Shown here one piece after another: positions 37,010 to 49,937 of a stretch of 64,000 bases of DNA. The translations under genes and the position numbers were made by a program. Numbering within the stretch: the first letter of the stretch is position 1; each line of letters starts with the position of its first letter. Origin of the DNA: Hamiltosporidium tvaerminnensis FI-OER-3-3 (Eukaryota; Fungi; Microsporidia); NCBI GenBank assembly GCA_022605425.2, contig JAKIMF020000005.1, positions 1,116,001-1,180,000 on the forward strand, given 5' to 3'. The notes beneath the pieces are model-generated. The model saw nothing but the letters and a program-made list of their open reading frames with translations, was not told where the DNA came from and did no database searches.

Positions 37010-38999
37010 AAATATCGTAGGTTTGATATTTATTGATATTTTGGAAAATAGTGCCAAACATTATATATAAAATGTAATATCTTAAAAATGTTTAGCTCTT
37101 GAATTATTTATTAAATTTTTCTTCAAAGATTTGGTCTTTTGACACAAAAAATGTTTTGAAATCCATTTTTCTTCAAAGTATATTTGATAACTTAAACTTA
37201 AATTCGATTTATAAATATCTATCTTAAACATGGTAGATATTTTTTATCATTTTCAGTCTAAAAAAAATGATATTTGAATGTGAAAATTGTAATTTAATGT
37301 TTTGAATCCAGGGTTTTATTCAGTTATATTCTAGTTTTTCTAGTTTTTCTTACAATTAATATGCATTTATGATGTCTTATTAAAATGTTTGTGTCATATG
37401 TCTTTTATTTAAAGTAATCCTTCTTGCATATTATGGTATATTTCATATAGTTATAGATTATAAAATGGTAGATTAAATCATTTATTCTCTCTTAAATCGA
37501 ATAGATGCATTTTAATTTTTTTTGTTTAAGTTGCAATTCATATAAACTTTTCTTGATAATTAAAAATACTTTGATTTTTTTTAAAAAATACAATAAAAAC
37601 ATTTTTTAGACGCTAGGTATGAATAAAATATCTTTAATCACAATATTATACCTTAATGATAAATCAATTTGAATATTTTTTTTCTATTATTTCTATTCAA
37701 GGTTTCTCTAAGAATGTTTTACGCTTTTTGTATATTTTATGGTCGATTTGAATAATCAAGACATTTTAATAGATTTGAGAAAATTATGGTTTTTTCTCTT
37801 TTCAAGTTAAATTTACGATGCCACGATATATTTTCACGCTTTGATAAATATACATAAATTCAGCAAGTTGTGTCTACCACAATTCTCAACGACCAATTCA
37901 CAATCATTATCGGACTGTCTATTGTATGACTCGCACTTCAAGATGTTTACGATACTTTAAGCTCTTTCTTTTTAGAGTTTTTGCTATCCAAAATTATTTT
38001 TGAGTTCTTTTTTTTATATTATAAGTTATTTTCTAAAATAATATAATAAAGAGTTGATTCTAATTGATATTAATACTCTATTGAACGAAAATCTAATTAT
38101 TTGTGCTCATTAAAGTTCATAATAGGTGAATTTTCATAAATAAGATTCAAATTTGGGACTATTCATGCTTCGTAGTCAATGCCATGTCTCTCGCTTAATT
38201 ACATTTTTTAATATTCACTTAGGCGGTATTGAAGTAACTAGTCGTTATTATAGATCCTAAATGGGTATTGTGAACGTAACATATATCACACTTTTCTGCT
38301 AGAAATCAAAATATTTATCCAATATTTCTATGTATCGTACTCAAATTCACTGAATTTTAAATTAAATGTATTTTAAGACATAAATTGGATCTATAATACA
38401 AAAAACATGTGTTTAAAACGCCCAGATACACATAAAATTATCAAAGGTTATAAAATATGGCTATAAAGCAAAAAGATTATTCAAAATCGCATTTTTTGTA
38501 GCTTTTAATTCCTATTGCAAAAAAAAATATGTTTATAAATTCCGAATATATTTTTTTCGTTTATTCCGAGTATATTTTTTATCTATATTCATGAATAGAA
38601 TGTAAAATCTTTTTAAATTATTTGAACGAAAGGGAAATAACAAGTAAAATTAAAATTTTTGAATTTTATTTTTATTTTCAAATTTATCTTTATCGGCAAG
38701 AAGAGATACGGTGTTAAAAGTTATTTTTTTGTTAAGTAAGTTGTGTTCTATTGTATTTTATTAGATTAAATCGACAAATTTTAAAGCTTTATCACACCCT
38801 CAAATATTTGAATATAGTCTGAGATTTTTACGTGATTTTTGTGACATTTCTCTCAAAAATATTTAAATTTCGCTTTTTTTCATCTTTAGTAGTTTACATC
38901 CTCTTCCAAAGTAATTCTTGTCCAAAAGAGACCTAAGTTAGCTGGTTTTCATGGTTTTTTTATAAAAAATGATGCATTTTTGTCAGCTTCTATCCACTT

Positions 39000-40085
39000 T
39001 ATTTTTCTTTAAGTTTCTTGGTTAAAAAAAATAGTCTATAGAATTAAGAAAAGTACTATAGATTGTATATATGCCTTTATTCTTATGTTAATATAAGCGC
39101 ATATGATAAATATTATGATCTTTCAAACAATATCGTTCCAACTTATCTCCCAAGGGGTAAATGCCCACTAAAATTTTAACAAGACTACTATAATAAGCCA
39201 AGAAGAACCCTTTCTGAGGTTCAAAACTTTGAGAATACCAAAAGAATGATTTAAAGTAATTTAAATCCCAAGTAGGGTCTTATAATTGTTTTCTACTATT
39301 CTGAATCAATATATCCAGTCTATTATTCTCAGTTCGAAATTGGATTTGTTGCTGGTAACAACTTTTATTTTGCACACTAATTTTAACATTTTTTTGAAAT
39401 GCTCATCACGATATATTTTCTATGTATAAATTTAAATTATTTATGAGAATTGTATGAAATACTCAACTACTCATAATAGCGTGTAAATGATTATTTATCA
39501 GAATTTTTGAGTCCTTTGTATAATTTAATATGTTTCCTGTGTTTACGGGTTAAAATAAATTTCAGTTCTCATAATTTCATTCGTAACCATGATAAAACAA
39601 AGCTTGTGCCTTTCGCAGGCTTGTTGTTTTCTTTACTAAATCATTTTTTGTGACCTTAATGCGCTCATGCTTATTACCTAGAGCATTTATAAATTTCCTT
39701 TCCCTACGGTTTTGAGTGTTACCACCGGTTATCTTTTATTTTTATAAAAATATGCCTTTAAACTGTGTAATAACAGTGTTGTCACTGGTATCCACTTTCT
39801 AATTTCTTGTTCACTGCTTAAAGTACCACTACCTTTCCGATAGCCTGTGACTGGAAACAGATATAATTGCATTGTCAATCTCACATTAAGAGCATCTTTT
39901 CGGTTCGGATATTAATGATATATGCTTGTTGTGGGTTTCTGTCTTATATAGCTTATTTTGTAACCATTATGGTACTATATTACCTATTCTGTGTATAAAC
40001 GACTAATTAAGTTGAATTACTCCTAGATAATCTAATTTACACATCATATGTTGATAACTGCATGAAATAAATTTTTGCATTTAGT
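39000..40085 (-). mobile_element. Old, divergent, 5'-truncated R4-like fragment
   Basis: agtactatagattgtatatatgcc (AYIQSIVL), atatccagtctatt (NRLDI) and aaataaatttttgcattta (LNAKNLF) are colinear with 5940-7070. Confidence 0.7.
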
Positions 40086-40099
40086 TGAAGGTCATATCG

Positions 40100-42100
40100 C
40101 CTTTAAATTCTTTACATTTGTTTCGATTATATCCCTTCAAAGTAAAAATCTCGGAGTGCAACCTTCTCTTTTTATAAAGTTGTTTGTAGAACTAACTGTT
40201 TTTAAAAACGGCCAGAATATTTGCAAAATGTGCTATTTGTGGGCGACTATTTTTTGAATTGAAAGTACACAACACTTTGGAGTTCCTTAAACTATCTTTT
40301 AAAAGATAAAATCAATTGCAAATTAACTGAAAAGAGCATGTTAGCATAAAAATATGGGTTCCAATAAATATGCGGACAGATTCAAACGTAATGCATCTTC
40401 GTGTATTTTCAAAAGATATCGGTTCAATATACCCATACATAGATTAAATATAGAGTTCAAGGGCTTTTACGCAAAATTAATAATCAAGCTATTGTTACTC
40501 ATATAGCAGACTTTTTTTATTTCGATTTTCTATCCCTGTATTTTTGCCTAAATATTTTTCTGAAATTCAATGAAAAAACTTTGCTATTTTGAGATTTATC
40601 AACTAAGTAGACTCAATGAATTCATAGGCATCTGACATAGTTTTTTATTCCAAAAATTATTTGATGCTCAGTATGGAAAAATAATTTTAAATACTTATGT
40701 TTTAATCCATGTAAAGGCTATATCGGCTCGTATTGGTATTTTTTAAAAACCTTTTGCTTTATTTTATGTAAAAGACTTTGTTTATACCTTCATCTTTTAA
40801 ATTATAGTGGTGCGAATGTCAGATGATCGGTCCGCGCTCGAACCTTAAGTGTCATAATTTTAAGGTCAAATGTTTAAGCTCCCAGTAAATAAAGTAGCTA
40901 GCCTACTTTTTTTAAAAACCAACTTTTAAAATCTCATAAAGAGTTTTGCAAAATTTTGTGAGCTATTTAATGAAAAAATTTAGAACGATGAGTTCAGAAT
41001 TTTCAGTCATGAAAAAATTCATGATATATTACCGATTCTAATAAAAAAAGCATAATTAAGTTGTATCTTATTAAAAAGAACAAATCCCTCACATATTTAC
41101 TAAGCAATTATTCTTTCTCATCTTGGATCAAAATCTAAATTTCAATTATAATTAACATGTTCTGGTTTATTAGTTTTAGATGATTCATAATTAAGATGAT
41201 AAAGAAAAATTTCTTATATTCTTCGTCTTTCTGAAATTATTTTCACAATAATCTTAGGTTCTTGGATCACATGATCTTATCAAAACTATTTTCTTAAATT
41301 AGAGCCATGAAAAAATAAATTTAATGTATTTAATGTTAGGTAAATTGTACCATTTCCTCGAATTCGGTAACGGAAAAACATCATTCCTATATTTATGTGC
41401 ATTTTTAGGGAATTTGTGAACTACAAAATTTTCCAATCTTATTCACCATGTTGATATCCGAAAATTTAAGACTTTTTTTACAATATATTTCATGATAAAA
41501 TATCTAAATAATTGTTATAATAAATGTGTCATACGGAATAAAGTAGTTCTTAGAGATAATTAAATTACTTAGTTTTGTTTTCTTTGGATCCAACACTTCT
41601 AATTAAGAACTTATTGTGAAACCTGCTTACTTCGTCTAAATTTCATATTTTTTTTTTCATGTGTTCTTTTAAATAGAATACTTTTTCCACGACTTATTTA
41701 GGGTCGTTTAGGCAAATAATATTCATGAAAAGACACGTTAAGCTTAAAAGAATCATTATTATCAGCCTTCATTGTTTTCTTCAGCATTCTAAAACCAATT
41801 ACTTATGTAAATAAATGACATATGATCATTTTCCGCTTTGATGATCTAAATCATTGTAAGGCAAACTTACCGTTTGTGGGAATCTTTATATACTTCCAAA
41901 TAAATTCGTGCTCTTCTAGCATATCTAAATTTAAGCATTCAAATATTGATTAATTAAGTTTAACTGTTACTTTTGCAAAATAATAAATACATAGGTTGGT
42001 ATTTTAAAAGATAATTCGCATATAAAATCTTCAATAAAAGAAAGGTCGTCTATGAAACTATGTTAGGGGTATTAAACTAATATTTGTATGCTAAAACAAA
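40100..42100 (-). pseudogene. Possible decayed coding sequence, perhaps LRR-like family
   Basis: Coding-like minus-strand fragments broken by stops; position mirrors the other LRR/TM pairs; no diagnostic motif. Confidence 0.25.
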
Positions 42101-43683
42101 TTTCGCTTGGTTTTACGAAATTCCGAATGCATCAGAAATGAGTAGCGGTTCATAATGAGCAATACTTCATATATTGAAATTTGCATATTTTTCTCTTATT
42201 TATCTCACTGGTATTTCTACTTTAATTAATTATTTTTTTGCAAACATACTTTTTACTGCCTAATGAATTATATTTTAAGATAAATAGTAGTGAAAAGGTT
42301 TTATTTATTGTTCTGCAATTTAAATAAAATATAAAGAATATTTGTAGGTATGATTTTTAATATTTACTTTAAATGCTGGCTAATTTTGTTCGCCAAAAAA
42401 ACATAGTAAGTCATTATATAAATATCGACGCTGTTACATATCCACGTGTTTATTGGTTTTTGATATTACCTTTTCATTTTGATCTAAAAACTATTTTGCA
42501 ATATTCTTTTAAGGTCATACCATTGTGTCTTATGTATTTTGGGTTTTCATTCCCTATCCATCTCTACTTAGCATTCTTTTTACTAAACAATCAAAAATAT
42601 TATCACATAGAAATAATACGGATTAAAATTACACATTCGATATAAAATCGTTTTCGGTCTTTGATCATGTAGTGATAATATTTTTTAAGTAAGTAAAAAA
42701 GCTTTTAACCAATCACCCACAAGCTGCAAGTAAAATATAAGTGTAAAAATTTACTTGTTATTTTACGAACTATTTTTTTTATAAATTTTCATTTCAGTTG
42801 TATAAATAAATTTATAGTAACATTTAATGCTAAGGATCGTAAATTCTAAAAAGAATTTTTGTTAAAATTTTTCAGACCCTTAATATCCATTCGCACCCAA
42901 AAAGGAAAAATACCTTGCTCTAGCAAAATAAAAAAATACTTGCTTATCTTCAGAGATGATCTTTCTTGTTACAGTTTAATTTATACGAGAATATCTTTCT
43001 TGTTTTACCCGACTTAAAGTAGGCTTAATATTTAAAATTTTCACGATTTTTATATTTTTAAGTAATTAAGTAATGGCCTGAATTAGACCTGAATACTTTA
43101 GCATTCATTTGACAGGCATAAAGTGATTTTACAGTATAAGTCATGAATATTTTTTCAAGAAAAATAAATCAGCTATTCAACTTAAAAACATCACCAAAGT
43201 ATGATTAGTATTTATAAATAATTAGGTTTTTACTGATAAAAACAACAAGATTGTAAGTATTAGATGTAATTGGCATACACACAACCTATATATGCATCTT
43301 CAAAATAACTAAAACGACTTTGCAGTCCATGAAATATTCACTATAATTAACCGTTTGTCGCTTTGACTTTTTGACTTGAACCAATTTGCCTACGACTGAA
43401 TGTATGTAATGGGATTTTCTGAGACGTTTTGCACCCAACTTGTAAATATTTTATAGGCGGTAATTTCCATTTGAAAGCCCAAGGCTAGGTCGCGTCTATA
43501 AACCATACCATAAAAAGAAAAATATCAAATTAGATATAGATCGTAACTTAAAACCGATATATAGAATATCTAAATAATGTGATTTTTACATATAATAGAA
43601 AATAGGTATGTAAAAAGACACTTGTATCTATTTTTTTCTTCTATCTATCTGGTTTTTATAACAGTACATCTAAAACCATAATT

Positions 43684-43919
43684 CATTCATTCTCGACACT
43701 ACATCCCTGTAAGAGTCTTGGTATCACTCAGTAATGCCGCTCACTACTCTCTTTCCGGTGAGTTCGTTTATTTTTTGGGTTTCGTAACATTGTGGGTTTA
43801 AAAGATGGATTATTAGCCCTACTCTAAACCCACAAGCTGGAGGATCAGACACTTTTTTGCCTGTTATAACAGGCAGAGAATACCCTGAGTCAATTCTGCA
43901 CCCAGCATGTTGGGGAACC
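43684..43919 (-). mobile_element. Short RTE derivative, copy 3
   Basis: Perfect 11-bp TSD aaaccataatt at 43673-43683 and 43920-43930; (gaat)n tail; homologous empty site at ~20375-20400. Confidence 0.9.
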
Positions 43920-44825
43920 AAACCATAATTTTGAACACAAAAATATTCAAGTGTAACTTTAATCTCAGTAGGTAATTTGTCCGTTATCCAAGATAAAAAT
44001 ACAAGCAAATACACTTCGAAGCCATGAGATTAGCGCAAAGGCACAAAATTAAATATAATTTAGAAATACCTACTTTATACTGCACCAACGATAATACTCT
44101 TAACGAAAAAAATCGCTGTATAATCAGCGAAGCATTTTATATGGAACAAAGCAAGAGTTATGGCTGCCATAATAAATAATGCTCAAAATATTTTTATATT
44201 TAAGCTTTAATTTTTTACACAAAATTTCGGTGTGGATATAAGGAGCTAAGTAACTTTTCTGACTCTTTTTACAAAAATTCGAGTTTATATATCAATTACA
44301 AAATTTAGATAGTTGAGATAAAAAAACTTCATGGCGTTCAAAAAACCTGTTTAAAGGCGTAATAATGTTGTTTTATCTTAATTTATTTCGTATTCTTATA
44401 TTTACACTCATTTTTATTGTTAAAATATTCTTAAATAATGTTTTTGGATGTTGTGAAATACATAGGCTTTTTTCTATTCGCGAGATATCAAACAAAAAAA
44501 TTCACTTAGATTATTGTATTTCTTTGGTATTTAGACAGAAATGGATTAGAGATAAAGGAAGATCTACTAGATAAAGGGGTTTATTCTGTTCGGAAATAGT
44601 TTATAGACTAATTTTTATATTTTTTAAAATAATGAATCGTATTAGAAACCGTTGAAAATCATTTTTAAATGATTTGCGATTTTTAATCACATATTTTGAT
44701 CAAAACCGAGCAATGTAAGAAATTTAAAATGACATTGTTATAAAAAAAAATATTTAACCTTATTATGTAAATTTAACATTGATTTTTTGACAGAGAAGTA
44801 TATATTTAGAAAAAAAATTGGTTTT

Positions 44826-45373
44826 ATGGATAAAAATAAAATTTAAAAAATTTAGTTCCGAATAGAAGCTATAGAATAGAAACAGAAGTATTCACAGTCC
44901 CAAGCACAAGCTCAAATGGCTCTGCTCACACCAACGAGATTGTTATAAATAATGATATATTTGTTAATACTTCTCCTAACCAACAAATGTTAAGCCAAAG
45001 ATCTTTTAACCAAACTTAGATATAGAAAATAATCTTCATAATTCGAATCGAGAATTTATATCTGAAAACCAAAAAATTATTTTGTTTTAAGCTAAAATTT
45101 ATATATATATTGTTTTTGTTTTTTCAAAATACATTTTTTATGTTTTTATCAGCAACCTCTTCTAATAGTTATATTTTAACGCCAATTTTTTCGCTTTACT
45201 ATTTGGTAGTTCTTTTTATATTTTATAAATATATGAAAGGAAGTAAATGTATTGCATATCTTGCTCTAGGTATTTGGATTTTCATTATATTAGCAAATAC
45301 ATTTTTGCTAAATATATTTATACAGGCTATATTGAGAAACGGTTTATCTTATGATATTAAAATTAGAAAGTGA
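44826..45373 (+). pseudogene. Small membrane-protein family, copy 3 (disrupted)
   Basis: Homologous to 21275-21816 and 36480-37009; early stop after MDKNKI. Confidence 0.75.
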
Positions 45374-45590
45374 AAAAAATTTATAAATATTTTTCTTTTT
45401 TTAAGGAGTTTACGGGTATTTTCATAAAAAAATCTATTAAATTTATTTTTTGGTTTTATTTCTAAAAAAAGTAAATAGATAAGCAATAATTTGCTTTTAA
45501 ATTCGATATCATTAGAATAATTCCTTGGAAAGGTAAAATTTATAAGTATCTATCGAACTTTATTGGAATATAATTTTTATAGTTTATCAT

Positions 45591-46304
45591 GGTGGAGGGA
45601 GGATAACCACATAAAAAACTTTCTGCTTGGCAATGAGTGTGTGGAACTGGTGTGAGATCATTGTTTGGATTTTTGGTGGGAATAAAACCACACTAATCTT
45701 CGGTTGTTCCATGGGAGTTGTTATGAAGAGGAGAGGTCTAAGAAATGGAGAAACTGTTTCTACAAATTTATTTGTAGTTTTTTATGTAACTAGATTGCAG
45801 ACCGCAGCTGAACATGTAGGTAATTGCCATGTAAAAGCATGGAAACCTAGCCTTGCTCACTCGGGTTAGAAGACTTAGCGCCTGGGAGATATAAAAATAA
45901 AAACCATTAAAAGCCGGGAGAGCTAATTAGCAGGTTATACCTGTTGGTATGACATTGCACTGTCTAGGTGGACCCCATGTAAATCTCTGAAATATCTTAG
46001 CTAGAAGTTTATTGGGTTCAGGAAGTGTAGAGTAAGTGGGAATTCTGCATAGTCTTGGGGGGCTTCGGCCTTCGATCACACTCCATGCAACGGACACTAA
46101 CATACTCCGGGCAACTGCCTCGCCTATTATTTAGGTTCTACACACCTGGTAGATGAAAGGCTTTGGGACGTAGGTATCGCAGGGGTTACTGATGGAGTGT
46201 TGGGGCAGCATTTAATTATGTTAAACCTAGAACTGCGTTAATGTCATGAAAACAAATATAACACTTGCCACTATTTTAAAAAAGATGTGATACTTTTAAA
46301 TAAA
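45591..46304 (+). repeat. Unclassified ~715-bp non-coding interspersed repeat with extensive predicted RNA structure
   Basis: GC-richer than flanks; many nested stems and two C(UUCG)G loops; related pieces at 13379, 53134 and 59601; ends in ttaaataaa. Confidence 0.75.
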
Positions 46305-47347
46305 GATTTCTAAGTTATTCATTCATTTGTATAACAGTTCATATCGGAAAATATACATCAAATCAAAAAAAATTACAAGGTTGATCATTTTCTGATTTCT
46401 TGTTAACATAAAGAAAAATATTAACTAAAGGGTTTAGACTTTTAATTCATTTAAAATCTATAAAACATAATATTCCTTTTTCAGCTTAAATTTTCTGAAT
46501 GATTATTTCTTTAAATTTCAAACATATAATAAACAATTTTTAACTCGATTTTAAATTTTTATCATTGAGTTAATTTGATTCTTTTTTTGCTTAAAGATAA
46601 GTAATATTATTCTATAATCATAAATGCCTTTTCAATGCCATTACCACATGCATTTATTGATGAAATCAGTTATTAATTGTTAAAACCAAACATTTCACAT
46701 CGAGGAAACTCGAAAGAAACGAGCAAATGTCAAATGATTAACCTGAAAAATGATTGAAATAAAAACCGGTTTCAAATTTTGTTGATATTTACATCAACAT
46801 ATAGCGAAAACCAATTTTACGGATCGAAGCCATCTCATTATAATCATCTTATAATTGGATATACTTATTTAAACAATCATATAAGAATTTCTATTAGATA
46901 AAATTTAAAAATTTACATTTGCTATCAGATTAAATAAGTTTCGTCATAGAAATTTTAGATTATTTTTCTTAATTTTGCGAACGAATTATATAATTCGTCA
47001 TTTCATTACAAAAGATTTTGTTTCACTTTGAAAACAAATGTATATCTTCAGAATAATTACATATTTCTTAAAAGACATTCCAAAATATTGCAATTCATCT
47101 TTAGCTCAACACAACAAATTTATAACCTATAAATAGAAACCAAATTATAATTTTATATCTCTTATTGATCTTGGATGAAAGAATACATATAAGTTAAAAA
47201 ACATAAACCTATTATGAACCTTAGAATCCTTCATCTCATAAATATTCAAATCAAATGAACTTAAAATTTCTCGAGATGACAATCAAATAAATAATTTTAC
47301 AGTATTAAACTGACATGAAATTAAATTAATAAATTTATTTTTAAATT

Positions 47348-48253
47348 TCAAGAAAGACTTTTATAGTCAATTACAGACTTAATATTTTTAAATCTTTCAT
47401 AATCAAAATCCTTCACCCCTTTTATTACACTTGGTGTTATTGATCTTAAAACATCATTTATTCTATAATTGTACTTTTCTATTTTAGTATAATCTAGGTT
47501 ATATGGTCTAATACCTTCGATTTCTTGATTTGATAAATAAATTATATTTTCGAATTGGCAATCTACAGATTTTTTACCAACTATTATCAAATTATTTACT
47601 TTAAAATCACTATCGACTTCCTCTTCACTACATATAGAAACAGCCTGGTTCCCCTTTTTATAGTAACAGCAATCTACTCCAAAAACTTGAAGAAAAATAT
47701 AAAATTTTCGTATAAGTTTCTGATCCACAACCAAGCAAACACTACCTTTGAGCATTTTAAAATTAAAAATAACAAACAAAGCTTGAAAAGCTTCATTTTT
47801 ATGACATTTTATAAAATAAGAAAATCCATTCGTTAAAATGATTGGATTTTTCATAAATTCCATGTCCGTTATTAATTTGGTACAGCCAATAAAATTGTAT
47901 CCTCTGTTTTTAATTTCTTTCATTATATCCAAATACCCAAAATCTATAAATAAATGACAATCATCCAAAACTAAAAGTTTCGATTGTCCAGCTTCTTCAA
48001 TATTTTCTAAAAATAATCTCGGTGTAAATATCGATATTTCTGGTGAAATGACTGGTGTATCGAACAATTTACATTTTCGTGTTTTGTTTAAGATTTTAAA
48101 TAAATCCAAACATCTCTGTTTATAGACAGAAAGTATCGTTATATTTTCAAATATTGGTAGAATATCAGAAACCATATCTTCTGTACTTCTTGTAGTTATA
48201 TAGTCAGTATTTTTTGAGATACTAAAATCACTTTTAAATGTTTCATTGTTCAT
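47348..48253 (-). CDS. DBP9: Degenerate DBP9/DDX56-like DEAD-box protein lacking ATPase motifs
   Basis: Dbp9-like segments IFTP, LVLDDCHLFIDFGY, MKNPIIL, FQALFVIFNFKMLKG, FYIFLQVFG, IEKYNYRINDVLRSIT; CCC motif upstream of the ATG. Confidence 0.7.
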   Translation of the reverse strand: MNNETFKSDFSISKNTDYITTRSTEDMVSDILPIFENITILSVYKQRCLDLFKILNKTRKCKLFDTPVISPEISIFTPRLFLENIEEAGQSKLLVLDDCHLFIDFGYLDIMKEIKNRGYNFIGCTKLITDMEFMKNPIILTNGFSYFIKCHKNEAFQALFVIFNFKMLKGSVCLVVDQKLIRKFYIFLQVFGVDCCYYKKGNQAVSICSEEEVDSDFKVNNLIIVGKKSVDCQFENIIYLSNQEIEGIRPYNLDYTKIEKYNYRINDVLRSITPSVIKGVKDFDYERFKNIKSVIDYKSLS

Positions 48254-48820
48254 GAGAGGGTATGATTGTTAATTAAAAAAAATAATTTTAAACGAACATC
48301 AAACTTTTTCCTTCTGTTCCAATTGTTTTATTAAACTAAATTTATTTATAAATTGGTAGTTCTACTTAGAAAAATTCTTATAAATTTAAAAATTCTTAAA
48401 ATAGAAAAATTTAAATATTTTTTTTAAAAAAATGATTTGTAATTAAAAAAAACGTAATCCTCATTGAATCTTCAAGATTATAATAGTTATAACACAGTGA
48501 ATAATTTATTTGAAATAATAAAGAAACACAGATATTTTGATATGAAAGAACACACTTTGTGCATAAAATATAATTTGTATTTTTTTAGAAATAAAATATG
48601 CGTTGTAAAATCTTGTAACAACACAAGTTCCGATATAAATTTTTCAAGATATCTAAATTACAATATTTTTTAAATTAAGTTGATCATCAGAAAAAAAATT
48701 TAACAGAATTAAATTTGTTCTAAAAAAATATTAAAGATTTAAAAAACTAATGTTAGATAAAAGGAATTAAATTGTGTTTTATTTATTAAATTTAAGTTAT
48801 ATCGATTAATTTTGTAATGA

Positions 48821-49870
48821 TTAAATTATCAAATCTAATAAATTATATTTATTATCAAAAATACTTTCGTAAATTTCTATATTATTTGATGTTCCATAGG
48901 TAATTAAATTATTGTTTGATGAAATAACTCCATTTATATTTCCTAGTTCTAGCATTTTAAATCCTATATTTTGATAATTATTTTCATTTATTAAAAATAC
49001 CCGATTTTTAAGTCCAGCCAATATCATATCATTGTATCTGTCATATATTATATTTCCATACGAAGAGTTTATATTTGGATCTCCAAGTATTCTTGACACA
49101 GTACCGTCATTTCTTAAAATAAGTATTCTTCCATCACTTGAAGCACAATATATTTTATTATTGTAGGAAAGAATTCCATATACGGCTTTTCGACTTATTT
49201 CATACGACAAATGAGTAAAAAATCCTTTTTTTGTATAACGAAGATCCCATATACATATTTTTGAACCAGGCGTTTGGGAACTACAAAGATTATAATCATT
49301 TATAAACTCCATTGCAGTTATTGTAGATCTTTGGTTGATACAGCCTGTATCATCACTGTTTATTCTTCTATCCTGATAAATTATATTATTTTTACGTTTA
49401 GGTTTTGGACTGCTTTCTGTTTGGCTTATAAGTGAAATTTCACATTTATTTGTACGTAAATCCCATCCTTTTATAGAACCATCAGTAGATCCAGTAAATA
49501 TCATTTCTCTACTAAAATTATTTTTAATTGATCTAATAGAACCCTCATGACAAAATATTAATGAGTTAGTATCGGTTACAACATTATATATTAAAACTTG
49601 ACCTGTTCCTAAACCTAAAGCTATATTTTCTTTATTAACCCATTCAACACAAAAAATTGGCGAATCCATAAATTGTAAATCACAAAAATTTTCAATTTTA
49701 TCGTTTTTTAATGTAAAAAGTTTTAAGTCACCATTAGAAGATCCAAGTGAAATTATATTTGTATTGTTACATATCGATCCAGATATTATTTCACTGTTGG
49801 TTACAAAACATGAATTTACATGCTTAAAGTCATAAAATTTTGATTTGTCAATAACAGGACGTTTAATCAT
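48821..49870 (-). CDS. WD40-repeat protein, likely CDT2/DTL-like
   Basis: HEGSIRSI..IFTGSTDGSIKGWDLR, an insertion, then STITAMEF..KICIWDLR (two WDxR motifs). Confidence 0.75.
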   Translation of the reverse strand: MIKRPVIDKSKFYDFKHVNSCFVTNSEIISGSICNNTNIISLGSSNGDLKLFTLKNDKIENFCDLQFMDSPIFCVEWVNKENIALGLGTGQVLIYNVVTDTNSLIFCHEGSIRSIKNNFSREMIFTGSTDGSIKGWDLRTNKCEISLISQTESSPKPKRKNNIIYQDRRINSDDTGCINQRSTITAMEFINDYNLCSSQTPGSKICIWDLRYTKKGFFTHLSYEISRKAVYGILSYNNKIYCASSDGRILILRNDGTVSRILGDPNINSSYGNIIYDRYNDMILAGLKNRVFLINENNYQNIGFKMLELGNINGVISSNNNLITYGTSNNIEIYESIFDNKYNLLDLII

Positions 49871-49937
49871 TTCTCATGGGATGTTATCAATAAATTATAT
49901 ATTTCTTAAAAAATAGGTTTATAAACTCTCCAAGTCC

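Noticed and set aside
45641-45748. HDV-like ribozyme (P1 gtggaac/gttccat, then GG, later CTAA)
   Set aside because: P3/L3 is too short and there is no P2 partner after CTAA; fits a nested multibranch stem better
45818-45850. Twister- or hammerhead-like stem (catg-taaaag-catg-gaaa)
   Set aside because: Loop length and conserved core nucleotides do not fit either class
45627-45869. 80-aa ORF inside the structured repeat
   Set aside because: TTG start, frame not evidently kept in other copies, no recognisable motif
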